Origin: Thermodesulfobacteriota bacterium
GTDB lineage: Bacteria; Desulfobacterota_D; UBA1144
Assembly (NCBI GenBank): GCA_029246845.1
Contig: JAQWMJ010000006.1
Span: forward strand, 1 to 64,000
Length of the DNA: 64,000 nucleotides
Reading direction: 5' to 3'
Below the pieces are notes generated by a model that did no database searches, was not told where the DNA came from, and saw nothing but the letters and a program-made list of their open reading frames with translations. Both the position numbers and the translations under genes were made by a program. Shown here piece by piece: positions 30,983-40,662 of this stretch (position 1 is the stretch's first letter; each line of letters opens with the position of its first letter).

Positions 30983-33900
30983 ATGAAATCCTCAAACCCA
31001 TCAATAAATTTTCAATGAACTTAGAAGACAAAAAAACTTTCAGCTTTTATGAATCTAATGATTTTCTAATATCTAAGATTATTAACCAGGTCGCCCTTGA
31101 AAGTGCGAAAGACATATTCTATGTAACCAAAGATACAAAGAAATGTAAGCTTATTATTGAATACCTTGAAGAAGTTTGGAAAAAGAAAATATTCTACCTA
31201 GGAAGTGACGTATTAAATTCTCGGAATAATGATTTAAATGACCGTAATAGATCGTTAAACATATTATATTTTCTTGGAAATAATAATAACAAAATAAAAT
31301 TTATAGAAAAAGAAAATCTTTACCACTCTTTTAGTGAAGGAATAAATAAGAATAAAATCACTATCAGTACGAAATCAGTTAAGGAGGATAGACAGAGACT
31401 AATAAACAGTCTTGAGAACTTTGGATATAAAAAAAATGAATTTACTGAGAAACTTGGAGATTACTCGGTACGAGGATCAATTATTGATATATTTACACCT
31501 TCCTTTGAAGCACCAATTAGAATTGAATTTCATAATGATAAAATAAGATCAATTAATACATTTAATATTGAAAGTGAAAGAAGGTTGAGTGAGAGCTTAC
31601 AGGAAATAAATATTGTGTCCCTTAAAAAAGAGATTAGTACTGAGAATGCATTACTTATATTGGATCATATAAAAGATGGAATAGTCTTTACTGATTGCGC
31701 AATCAAGAATTCATCAGATGAAACTGATAGAATAAAAAAATTCACTAATCTAAATAAAATTATTGAAATAAACCCCATTAAACCCAGAGAATCCTCAGAA
31801 TCATATAAATTTAAAGTTGAATATCTTAATGGAAACCTAAACGAATCTATACCCAAATTGATTGAATTTATTAAAGAGTATGGTTCGAAAAATCAGATAA
31901 CAATAATATCAGAAAAAAATTCCATAGAAAACTTAAAGATCGACCTTGCAGAAGTAAAAAAGACTGAAATTTTGTACCGTAACGGTTTTTTAAGAAAATC
32001 ATTTATCTCAAGAGATACCAATGAAATCTTCATATCATTTAATGCTCAAAACATTTCAAAGAATCAGAGCCTAAGCTCACAAAAGTACGCAAAATCTTCA
32101 TTTAAGCTTTCTGGTTTTAATGACTTAAAAAAGGGGGACTTGGTTATACACAAAGAGTTTGGTCTATGTGCCTTTAACGGAATTAAAAACAAATTAATTG
32201 GCTCGATGCATGTTGACTTCATTGAATGTGAGTTTAGCCATAAAGACTTGCTTCTAATACCAATAGATAGAATCTCATTAATTCAAAAGTATATAGGGTC
32301 TTTAAAAAATAAAAGCTTAGATACCCTGCGTTCAAAAGCCTGGGGTGGAAAGGTAAAAAAAGCAAAAAGAGCCGCAGAAACAACTGCAAGAGAAATATTA
32401 AGTCTTTATGCTCAAAGGAAATCAGCAAAAGGGTTTCAATTTAAAATCAATAATAATGAAATCTTGGATTTTGAAGATACATTTGAATTTGAAGAAACCG
32501 TAGATCAAAAAAGCGCGATACTAGACACCTACAAGGATATGCAAGCTCCAATACCTATGGATAGGCTTATATGTGGTGATGTAGGTTTTGGAAAAACTGA
32601 AGTGGCTCTTAGGGCCTCTTTTTTATCCTCTATGAACTTAAAGCAGACTGCAGTTGTAGCACCAACTACTCTATTAGCCCACCAACATCTTAAGACCTTT
32701 AAAAATAGATTCCAAAAGTTTCCTATTAGGATTGAAGGCGTGACAAGATTTACAAATAAAAGTGACTTAAATAAAATAATTGAGGATTCTGTAAACGGAA
32801 AGATTGATATCTTAATTGGAACTCACAAAATTTTCTCAAAGGAAATTGTATTAAAGAACCTTGGTTTAATAATAATTGATGAGGAGCATAAGTTTGGTGT
32901 CTCAGACAAAGAAAAAATTAAGCAATTAAAAAAAGGAGTGGATTCTTTAAGTATATCTGCCACTCCTATTCCTAGAACTCTGCAGTTATCGCTTAGCGGT
33001 TTAAGAGAAATAAGCTTACTAGCAACCCCTCCTAAGGAAAGATTGAGTATAGAAACCTATATAGAAGAATTCGACCTTTTGCTAATCAAAGAGTCGATAG
33101 ATTTTGAGCTGAAAAGAAATGGGAGAGTTTTCTTTATTCATAATGAAATCGCTAGTATTGAAAAAATTTATTTAAAGATTAAAAAAATCTGTCCGGGGAT
33201 AAAAATAGAATTTATACATGGGAGAATGACCGGAGACAAAGTTGAGGGGATATTGAAACAATTTATAGATGGGGATATAAAAATACTTATCACTACTACC
33301 ATAGTTGAAGCAGGCTTGGATATCAGAGAAGCCAATACAATGATAATAAATAACGCACATAAATTTGGTCTTTCCGATTTATATCAACTAAGAGGGAGGA
33401 TTGGAAGAGGTGACAAGAAAGGTAAAGCTTTCTTGCTAATACCAAACGAAGAAATCTCGGACAATGCCAAAAAAAGACTAGAGGCAATTAGAAAATTAAC
33501 GAAGCTTGGTTCTGGATTTAATATCGCAATGGAAGATCTCGAAATAAGAGGTGCGGGAAATCTGTTTGGGACACAGCAATCAGGAAATATTTTTGATGTA
33601 GGAATTGAGTTTTATTTAGAGCTTCTAGAAAAAGAAATAAATAAGGTAAAGAATAATAATATAGATGAAAATCAAGAAGCGGAAGTAATATATAATCAAA
33701 ATGTTTACATACCCGAAAATTATATTGAATCCGCTGAGAGAAGGCTCTTCTACTATAAAAAAATATCTTTAGTTACGACTAAAAGGGAATACCTGGATTT
33801 GATAGAGGAACTCTTAGATAAGTTTGGTTTAGTTCCATTAGAAGTTCAAAACCTAATCAATATCAGCTTAATAAAGATTAACTTACAGAGGATGGGTGTT

Positions 33901-34104
33901 CATAAAATTCTAATTAAAGATAGCTCTATAGTTATATACTCGAAGAAATTTAAAAAGTTAAAAGAAATACAGATTGAAATCAGAAATTTGAATTCTGAAC
34001 CAAAAGAAATAACTAAGTTCCTTGAAGAAAAATCAAACATAGAAGAAATTTTAAAAAGCGATTATGAAATTGTGAATGGTAAGTTTATAATAGATAACAA
34101 ATAA
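30979..34104 (+). CDS. mfd: Transcription-repair coupling factor (divergent N-terminus)
   Basis: RGSIIDIF, CGDVGFGKTE, DEEH, SATPIPRTL, QLRGRIGR, C-terminal TRCF domain. Confidence 0.95.
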   Translation: MNEILKPINKFSMNLEDKKTFSFYESNDFLISKIINQVALESAKDIFYVTKDTKKCKLIIEYLEEVWKKKIFYLGSDVLNSRNNDLNDRNRSLNILYFLGNNNNKIKFIEKENLYHSFSEGINKNKITISTKSVKEDRQRLINSLENFGYKKNEFTEKLGDYSVRGSIIDIFTPSFEAPIRIEFHNDKIRSINTFNIESERRLSESLQEINIVSLKKEISTENALLILDHIKDGIVFTDCAIKNSSDETDRIKKFTNLNKIIEINPIKPRESSESYKFKVEYLNGNLNESIPKLIEFIKEYGSKNQITIISEKNSIENLKIDLAEVKKTEILYRNGFLRKSFISRDTNEIFISFNAQNISKNQSLSSQKYAKSSFKLSGFNDLKKGDLVIHKEFGLCAFNGIKNKLIGSMHVDFIECEFSHKDLLLIPIDRISLIQKYIGSLKNKSLDTLRSKAWGGKVKKAKRAAETTAREILSLYAQRKSAKGFQFKINNNEILDFEDTFEFEETVDQKSAILDTYKDMQAPIPMDRLICGDVGFGKTEVALRASFLSSMNLKQTAVVAPTTLLAHQHLKTFKNRFQKFPIRIEGVTRFTNKSDLNKIIEDSVNGKIDILIGTHKIFSKEIVLKNLGLIIIDEEHKFGVSDKEKIKQLKKGVDSLSISATPIPRTLQLSLSGLREISLLATPPKERLSIETYIEEFDLLLIKESIDFELKRNGRVFFIHNEIASIEKIYLKIKKICPGIKIEFIHGRMTGDKVEGILKQFIDGDIKILITTTIVEAGLDIREANTMIINNAHKFGLSDLYQLRGRIGRGDKKGKAFLLIPNEEISDNAKKRLEAIRKLTKLGSGFNIAMEDLEIRGAGNLFGTQQSGNIFDVGIEFYLELLEKEINKVKNNNIDENQEAEVIYNQNVYIPENYIESAERRLFYYKKISLVTTKREYLDLIEELLDKFGLVPLEVQNLINISLIKINLQRMGVHKILIKDSSIVIYSKKFKKLKEIQIEIRNLNSEPKEITKFLEEKSNIEEILKSDYEIVNGKFIIDNK

Positions 34105-34109
34105 ATATT

Positions 34110-35009
34110 ATGAAACTTAAACATCTTTTTATATTTTTCTTTCTTTTATTGTCACCAATAAGCTCTAACGCTAGTGTAGACGAAGGTATTGTGGCGATTG
34201 TAAATAATGAGGTGATTTTCTTAAGTGATTTAAGAAATCATATTAAGGATAGCGGGGTCACTTCGGCAAACAAGGAAGTCCAAAGAAAGTACCTAAAAGA
34301 GCTTGCTGATCTTAAACTATTAGAAATTCAAGCAAAAAGAATGGGGATATCTCTGACAGAAGAACAATTAGATAAAGTACAAGAAAACTTTATTAAAACA
34401 AATACAAAAGAAAAAGTTGATAGCGAAATTGCCAGAACAGGTATTAATCTTTATAGAATTAGATTTGGTTGGAAAAGCCAATATCTACAAGAAAGTATCT
34501 CAGCAATTATATTAAGAAGTAAAATTGTAATTTCAGAAGAAGAAACCAGAAACTTTTATCTAAGCAATTATGGGGAACTAAAAGAACAGAACCTTGCTAA
34601 TCTGCATATTATTTTTATAAAGAATAATCCAGAATCAAAAAATAAAGTTATTGAATTTGTTGAACTAATTAATAATGAAGAAAGCTTTAATGCGAACTTA
34701 GAAGAATTTACCAAAAATGGTTATTTTCTTCCTGAGTCTAGAAGCTTGGGATACATCAGTGTTGATGATTTGAATGATGAAATCTCAGAATCTATAGCAA
34801 AATCTAAACTAAAAGAACTTGTAGGCCCATTTGAAGATGGTAATAAAATCAAATACTTCTATGTAAATGAGAAAATAATCGGCGACTCTGAGTATTTTAA
34901 TCTAAGAGATGAAATCAAAAAAACTATAGGGGATGAAAAACAATACGAAATTCTAGATGACTGGTTCCAAGATTTAAGAGACAATGCTTATATTTCCTTA
35001 AGGCTTTAA
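34110..35009 (+). CDS. SurA-like periplasmic chaperone
   Basis: Signal peptide, IVAIVNNEVI, C-terminal W..DLR..AYI; follows mfd. Confidence 0.75.
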   Translation: MKLKHLFIFFFLLLSPISSNASVDEGIVAIVNNEVIFLSDLRNHIKDSGVTSANKEVQRKYLKELADLKLLEIQAKRMGISLTEEQLDKVQENFIKTNTKEKVDSEIARTGINLYRIRFGWKSQYLQESISAIILRSKIVISEEETRNFYLSNYGELKEQNLANLHIIFIKNNPESKNKVIEFVELINNEESFNANLEEFTKNGYFLPESRSLGYISVDDLNDEISESIAKSKLKELVGPFEDGNKIKYFYVNEKIIGDSEYFNLRDEIKKTIGDEKQYEILDDWFQDLRDNAYISLRL

Positions 35010-35010
35010 G

Positions 35011-37917
35011 CTAGGCCTCCATATAGTCCTCGATTGGGACGCAACTACAAACAAAATTCCTATCTCCAAAAGCATTATTCACTCTGCCAACTGGTGCAAT
35101 ATACCTAGAAACATTCATCTCAAGATGTTGAACGGGAAAAGCCTCAGAGATTGTATAGTCAAAATTATTGTTAATTATATCAAAAAAGGTATGAGGCGCA
35201 CTCTTTAGCGGGGAGAGTTTGATATCGTCAATATTGGAATACTTAATTATTTCAGCATGAATGCTAATCAATGCGTTGCAAAACCTGTCTATCTCTACTT
35301 TTGACTCACTTTCTGTTGGCTCTATCATTAAAGTACCGGGTACGGGAAATGACATAGTTGGAGCATGAAAACCATAATCGATTAACCTCTTAGCTATATC
35401 CTCCTCAGTTATTCCATGAATTTTCTTTAGGTCTCTTAGGTCAATAATGCATTCGTGTGCGACCCTATTGTTTCTGCCAGTATATAAAATAGGATAATAA
35501 TTTTTAAGTTTGTCAGCAATATAGTTTGCATTAAGTATAGCAACTTGGGTTGCCTTCTTGATTCCGGCTGAGCCCATCATCATTATATACATTAATGAGA
35601 TTGGCAAAATTGAAGCGCTACCCCAAGGGGCAGAGGCAATAGAGCCAAAACCGTTTTTAGGACCTGCGCTCTTAACAACGATATGATTAGGCATAAAATT
35701 AGCCAAATGCTTCTTGACTGCTATTGGCCCAACACCAGGACCGCCGCCGCCATGAGGTATACAAAAAGTTTTATGAAGATTAATGTGGCAAAGATCTGGG
35801 CCAAAATTTCCAGGTTTGGAGATCCCTACAATTGCATTTAGATTAGCTCCATCCATGTATACTTGTCCACCAGCATCGTGAATCATCCTACATATTTTTC
35901 CGATGCTTTCCTCGAAAACTCCGTGAGTAGAAGGATAAGTGACCATTAGAGCAGCAATTTTATCGGGAAACTCTTGAATCTTATAAGACAAATCTTTTGT
36001 ATCGACATTACCATGTTCATCGCATTTAACTATTACAACTTTAAACCCTGCCAATATTGCGCTCGCAGGATTAGTTCCATGAGCAGAGCTAGGTATCAAG
36101 CATATGTCTCTTTTCTCATCATTTGTTGCCTCTTGAAAGGCCTTTATTGTCATTAAGCCTGCTAACTCACCTTGAGCTCCAGCATTGGGTTGAAGCGAAA
36201 CAGCGTCAAATCCTGTAATTCTTGAAAGAGTTTCCTGGAGTTTGCTTATTACAAATTCATAACCTTTAATCTGAGATTTAGGAACAAAAGGATGGATTGA
36301 ATTTACTTTCTTCCACCCAATGGGAATCATCTCAGAAGTAGAATTAAGCTTCATTGTACATGACCCAAGAGGAATCATTGACTTATTCAAAGCAATGTCT
36401 TTATCTTCTAGCTTCTTGAGATATCTAAGTAAATCAGTCTCTGATTTATTAACATTAAACACTGGATGAGTTAAAAAGTCTTGACCTCTTAGTTGATCAT
36501 TTTTAATGTTTTGAATTTCTAAAGAAATAGATTCGTCTACCAAAGTTAAGTCAATTTTTTTTATACTTCCAAAGCAACTGAGTATTAAAAGTAGGTCTTC
36601 TAAGTTTGTTGTCTCATCCAAAGATATTGTTAATTGCTCATTGGAAAAATACCTGAAATTAATTTTATTTTTTATTGATTTCTTTCTTATAGAAGAAATT
36701 TTGTCTCTAGGACATTTGATACTTATTGTATCAAAATAAGTCTTATTTCCATTAACAAATCCCATATCGAGCAAAGACTTGCTTAATATTCTTGCAAGTC
36801 GATGAACTCTTAACGCAATTTTTCTTAGTCCTACTGGGCCGTGGTAAATTGCATAAGCTGAAGCAACTATTGCTAGAAGTGATTGAGCGGTGCAAATGTT
36901 ACTAGTGGCTTTCTCTCGCCTTATATGTTGTTCTCTTGTTTGCAATGCCATCCTATATGCTAAGTTGTCGTTCTTGTCTATAGATCTTCCGATTATTCTT
37001 CCTGGAAGCAAACGTTTAAATTCCTCTCTACATGAAATAAAAGCAGCATGTGGTCCTCCAAATCCAATTGGAACACCAAATCTTTGAGAAGTACCAACTG
37101 CAATATCCGCTCCAAGCTCACCCGGGGGCTTCAAAATTGTTAGAGACAAAATATCACATGCCAGGATTGATATAGAGTTTTGAGCTTTGGCTAGGGAAAT
37201 TGTCAATTTATAATCTTGGACACTTCCAAGAGTGTCAGGGTACTGAGCTATAAAACCAAAAAATAAATTACCATGCTCTTTAATTAATAAGTTTAAATCT
37301 CCAACCTTTATTTCAATTCCTAGGGGCTTAGCCCTTGTTTGTATTAAATCTATAGTTTGGGGGTGACAAAATTCTGAGACCAAAAAAAGAGTCCTATTAT
37401 TTTTAGATTGCCTAAACGCAAGAATCATTGCTTCAACTGCAGCGGTCCCCTCATCCAAGAGGGAAGCATTGGCCACCTCTAGTCCCGTAAGATCCATTAT
37501 CATTTGTTGATAGTTTATAAGCATTTCAAGTCTGCCCTGAGATACTTCAGGTTGATATGGGGTATAGGCAGTATACCAACCGGGATTTTCCAAAATATTC
37601 CTCAGAATAATTGTAGGCGTAATTGTGTCATGATATCCCATTCCAATATAGCTTTTAAATAAGTCATTTTGGCTAATCTTTGAATCTAGAAAACTTAAAG
37701 CCTCTTGTTCATCCATTGGAGCATCTAAATCAACCGGAACATCAAGTAAGATTTGATTAGGAACAGTTGTTTGGATGAGTTGCTCTAAGTCACCGTAGCC
37801 TAAGCTCGTCAACATAGAGTTTATTTCATTATCTGAAGGTCCAATATGGCGATCTATAAAAGAATCTTTTTTTCCGACCTCAGAATATGAAGAATTGATA
37901 TTAATCTTACTGTCCAT
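35011..37917 (-). CDS. gcvP: Glycine dehydrogenase (decarboxylating), single-chain P protein
   Basis: YTPYQPEVSQGRLE, ATSNICTAQ, LGSCTMKLN, NLHKTF. Confidence 0.97.
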   Translation of the reverse strand: MDSKININSSYSEVGKKDSFIDRHIGPSDNEINSMLTSLGYGDLEQLIQTTVPNQILLDVPVDLDAPMDEQEALSFLDSKISQNDLFKSYIGMGYHDTITPTIILRNILENPGWYTAYTPYQPEVSQGRLEMLINYQQMIMDLTGLEVANASLLDEGTAAVEAMILAFRQSKNNRTLFLVSEFCHPQTIDLIQTRAKPLGIEIKVGDLNLLIKEHGNLFFGFIAQYPDTLGSVQDYKLTISLAKAQNSISILACDILSLTILKPPGELGADIAVGTSQRFGVPIGFGGPHAAFISCREEFKRLLPGRIIGRSIDKNDNLAYRMALQTREQHIRREKATSNICTAQSLLAIVASAYAIYHGPVGLRKIALRVHRLARILSKSLLDMGFVNGNKTYFDTISIKCPRDKISSIRKKSIKNKINFRYFSNEQLTISLDETTNLEDLLLILSCFGSIKKIDLTLVDESISLEIQNIKNDQLRGQDFLTHPVFNVNKSETDLLRYLKKLEDKDIALNKSMIPLGSCTMKLNSTSEMIPIGWKKVNSIHPFVPKSQIKGYEFVISKLQETLSRITGFDAVSLQPNAGAQGELAGLMTIKAFQEATNDEKRDICLIPSSAHGTNPASAILAGFKVVIVKCDEHGNVDTKDLSYKIQEFPDKIAALMVTYPSTHGVFEESIGKICRMIHDAGGQVYMDGANLNAIVGISKPGNFGPDLCHINLHKTFCIPHGGGGPGVGPIAVKKHLANFMPNHIVVKSAGPKNGFGSIASAPWGSASILPISLMYIMMMGSAGIKKATQVAILNANYIADKLKNYYPILYTGRNNRVAHECIIDLRDLKKIHGITEEDIAKRLIDYGFHAPTMSFPVPGTLMIEPTESESKVEIDRFCNALISIHAEIIKYSNIDDIKLSPLKSAPHTFFDIINNNFDYTISEAFPVQHLEMNVSRYIAPVGRVNNAFGDRNFVCSCVPIEDYMEA

Positions 37918-38293
37918 CAATTAAATTCTTGTACTCCTCAGAACTTAGCAATATTTCTATATCTGCAATGTTAGTTGGGCTAATTTTTATCATCCAACCT
38001 TCGCTATATGGGCTTGAATTTATTAACTCTGGTTCATTCTCAACGGAAGCATTAACCTCAGTTACTGTTCCTGCCACAGGCGTATAAAGGTCAGATACCG
38101 ATTTAGTCGACTCTACTGCCCCAAAAACAGAAGACTTTTCTAAAACATCCCCTACTTTGGGAAGCTCAACAAAAACTATTTCACCTAAAGAATCTTGAGC
38201 ATGATCGGTAATTCCTATTGAAACATGGTCGCCATCAAGTCGAATCCATTCATGATCATTGCTATATTTTAAATCTTTTATAATCTCAGACAT
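37907..38293 (-). CDS. gcvH: Glycine cleavage system H protein
   Basis: HEWI, GITDHAQ, VESTKS (lipoyl-Lys). Confidence 0.97.
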   Translation of the reverse strand: MSEIIKDLKYSNDHEWIRLDGDHVSIGITDHAQDSLGEIVFVELPKVGDVLEKSSVFGAVESTKSVSDLYTPVAGTVTEVNASVENEPELINSSPYSEGWMIKISPTNIADIEILLSSEEYKNLIDGQ

Positions 38294-38307
38294 TATTAAC
38301 TCCTAGG

Positions 38308-39417
38308 TTAGACAAATGGATAACGAACCCTTTTGACTTTCTTTTTATCATTCCTTATTTTAACTTCAATATCTTCTATTTCCGAAAAATCTTTCTTAAT
38401 AATTCCAAGTCCAATTCCTTCATTTAAAGAAGGCGAAAAAGTTCCACTAGTTACATAGCCAATTTCATCATTATTTGAAAAGATTTTATATCCAGCTCTA
38501 GGAATACCCATATCTGTCATCTTAAAACCGATTAATGTAAAATCACTATTTTTAGAAAGGACTTCTAGGGAGACTTTGCCAATAAAATCTGCTTTGGAGA
38601 AATCTATAAATCTTTCCAGATTAGCAACTATCGGATTCAATTTTTCACTGAGTTCATTTCCATGAAGCGGGAAACCCTTTTCTAACCGAAGAGTGTCTCT
38701 AGAACCTAGCCCGCAAGGTTCAATGTTTGCTATCTCAGCTATAATTTTTAAATATATTTCATTTAGAACTTCGTTAGGAACAAAAAGCTCGAATCCGTCT
38801 TCACCGGTATAGCCAGTTCTAGCTATTAAAAAATTATCTCCATTAGGACAGGAATGATTTAATTTTGATTTAAATTCAACATTTAATTCATTCACCCTTG
38901 AAATTGAATATTTTTTTATGCTTTGTATGTGAGAATTAGGGAAAAGTTTGGCGACTTCTTCCACTGCTCTTGGTCCTTGTATTGCTAGTTGACCATAAAA
39001 ACTTGTTAGGTTCTTTATTGTAACCTCATAATCACCTGAGTTAGAATTTAGCCAATTAAAAACGTTTTCAACATTGCCGGCATTTACGCAAACAAAAAAT
39101 CTAAGATCATTTAATTTGTATATTATTACATCATCCACAACCCCGCCTTCATTGTTACAAAAAAATCCATAGCGAGCTTGTCCTTTTTTTAAATCTGAGA
39201 TTTTATTTGTAAAAGTAAAATTAACAAAATTTTCAGCATCGGCCCCTTCTATTTCTATCTCGCCCATGTGGCTGACATCAAAAATACCTACGCTACTTCT
39301 TACATGTCGGTGCTCCTGTTTTAAATCTTTGAACCAAACTGGCATATTCCATCCATTAAAATTAACAAACTTAGCATTCATTTTTTTATGAATTTCAAAA
39401 AGAGGGGTTACTTTCAT
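38308..39417 (-). CDS. gcvT: Aminomethyltransferase, glycine cleavage T protein
   Basis: FDVSHMGE, RTGYTGEDGFE, RDTLRLE. Confidence 0.96.
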   Translation of the reverse strand: MKVTPLFEIHKKMNAKFVNFNGWNMPVWFKDLKQEHRHVRSSVGIFDVSHMGEIEIEGADAENFVNFTFTNKISDLKKGQARYGFFCNNEGGVVDDVIIYKLNDLRFFVCVNAGNVENVFNWLNSNSGDYEVTIKNLTSFYGQLAIQGPRAVEEVAKLFPNSHIQSIKKYSISRVNELNVEFKSKLNHSCPNGDNFLIARTGYTGEDGFELFVPNEVLNEIYLKIIAEIANIEPCGLGSRDTLRLEKGFPLHGNELSEKLNPIVANLERFIDFSKADFIGKVSLEVLSKNSDFTLIGFKMTDMGIPRAGYKIFSNNDEIGYVTSGTFSPSLNEGIGLGIIKKDFSEIEDIEVKIRNDKKKVKRVRYPFV

Positions 39418-39550
39418 ACTACTATTTTACCTAATTATATTCATACTTTTAGGATTTAAAAATTTAAAATATAATTTGGAGATTATAAGCTAGTTTATTA
39501 TACAAAATTAAAGGAATTTGATATAAATCAGGGTTTTTGGACCGCAAATT

Positions 39551-39892
39551 CTAGACAACTTCTGCTATTAGTTTCTTAAATTGCTCAGGGCTATTCATAG
39601 CTAACTCAGAAAGCACTTTTCTGTCAAGATCAATATTCTTAGTTTTAAGCGAGTGTATAAATTTACTATAAGTTACTCCCTCTTCTCTTAAGGCAGCATT
39701 GATTCTAATAATCCACAATGCCCTGTTAGTTCTCTTTTTAACTCTTCTATCGCGATACGAAAAGGCCATAGCCCTTAATAAAGTTTCCTTGGCTCTTTTA
39801 AAGACATTCTTTCTTTGACCCCAAAAACCTTTTGTTTGTTTTAAAAGTCTTTTTTTTCTTTTTTTACTTGCTACGCTTGATTTTACTCTCAT
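39551..39892 (-). CDS. rplT: 50S ribosomal protein L20
   Basis: YRDRRVKKR..RALWIIRINAA, LDRKVLSELA. Confidence 0.98.
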   Translation of the reverse strand: MRVKSSVASKKRKKRLLKQTKGFWGQRKNVFKRAKETLLRAMAFSYRDRRVKKRTNRALWIIRINAALREEGVTYSKFIHSLKTKNIDLDRKVLSELAMNSPEQFKKLIAEVV

Positions 39893-39908
39893 CTAAATCC
39901 CCTAAATT

Positions 39909-40109
39909 CTAAGCAAAGATTACTTTTCTTAAATCTCTAGCTTTTCTACCTTCTACAGTTCCATCTTCTTTTAATCTTCTAATTCTTGATTGCGCCTTAT
40001 GAACATTGCAATGATGCTTGCTACCTTTAATTCTTTTAAGCTTACCATTGGGCTTAAGTTTAAACCTTTTAGCCGCACTTCTATTGGACTTCATTTTTTG
40101 TACTGACAT
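39909..40109 (-). CDS. rpmI: 50S ribosomal protein L35
   Basis: KMKSNRSAAKRFK; between infC and rplT. Confidence 0.93.
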   Translation of the reverse strand: MSVQKMKSNRSAAKRFKLKPNGKLKRIKGSKHHCNVHKAQSRIRRLKEDGTVEGRKARDLRKVIFA

Positions 40110-40662
40110 TTTCTTTTTTAACCGCCTTTATTAACTTTTTTGGTAAAACCATTAAAGTTAGATTTTTTCCTTCAAATTTTGGTTCGTTATCTAATTCACC
40201 TGACTCTGAAACCGTTTCTATTATTTTTGCTACTAATTCTTCTCCTATTTTTTTGTGGACAATCTCTCTTCCTTTGAACCACAATCTTATCTTAACTTTA
40301 TTTCCATCGGCCAAGAATCCTTTTAGCCTATTTATTTTAACATTAAAATCGTTTTCTCCAATATTAGGTCTAAATTTTATTTCTTTTAAAACTTGCGCCT
40401 TTGGCTTCTTTTGACCGCTTTGCTGTTTTTTCTGATCATACAAGAACTTCCCATAGTCCATAATTTTACAAACTGGGGGTGCTGCGTCAGGGGAAATCTC
40501 AACTAAATCCGTAGAGCTTGCTTTTGCAGTAGCTAATGCTTCATCTATAGAAACAATCCCCACCTGAGCTCCGTCCAATCCTATGAGCCTAACTTCTTTG
40601 GCTCTAATAGAATTATTAATTCTTTGCAAAGGCTTTCTTGGACTATATTTTTTTCTTTTTAT
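40081..40662 (-). CDS. infC: Translation initiation factor IF-3, non-canonical ATA start
   Basis: RINNSIRAKEVRLI, PPVCKIMDYGK; in-frame ATA at 40662 with GGAGGT 6 nt upstream. Confidence 0.93.
   Translation of the reverse strand: MKRKKYSPRKPLQRINNSIRAKEVRLIGLDGAQVGIVSIDEALATAKASSTDLVEISPDAAPPVCKIMDYGKFLYDQKKQQSGQKKPKAQVLKEIKFRPNIGENDFNVKINRLKGFLADGNKVKIRLWFKGREIVHKKIGEELVAKIIETVSESGELDNEPKFEGKNLTLMVLPKKLIKAVKKENVSTKNEVQ

Noticed and set aside
39418..39550. Glycine riboswitch upstream of gcvT
   Set aside because: AT-rich spacer without GGAGA/CAGG aptamer motifs; gcvT looks leaderless.
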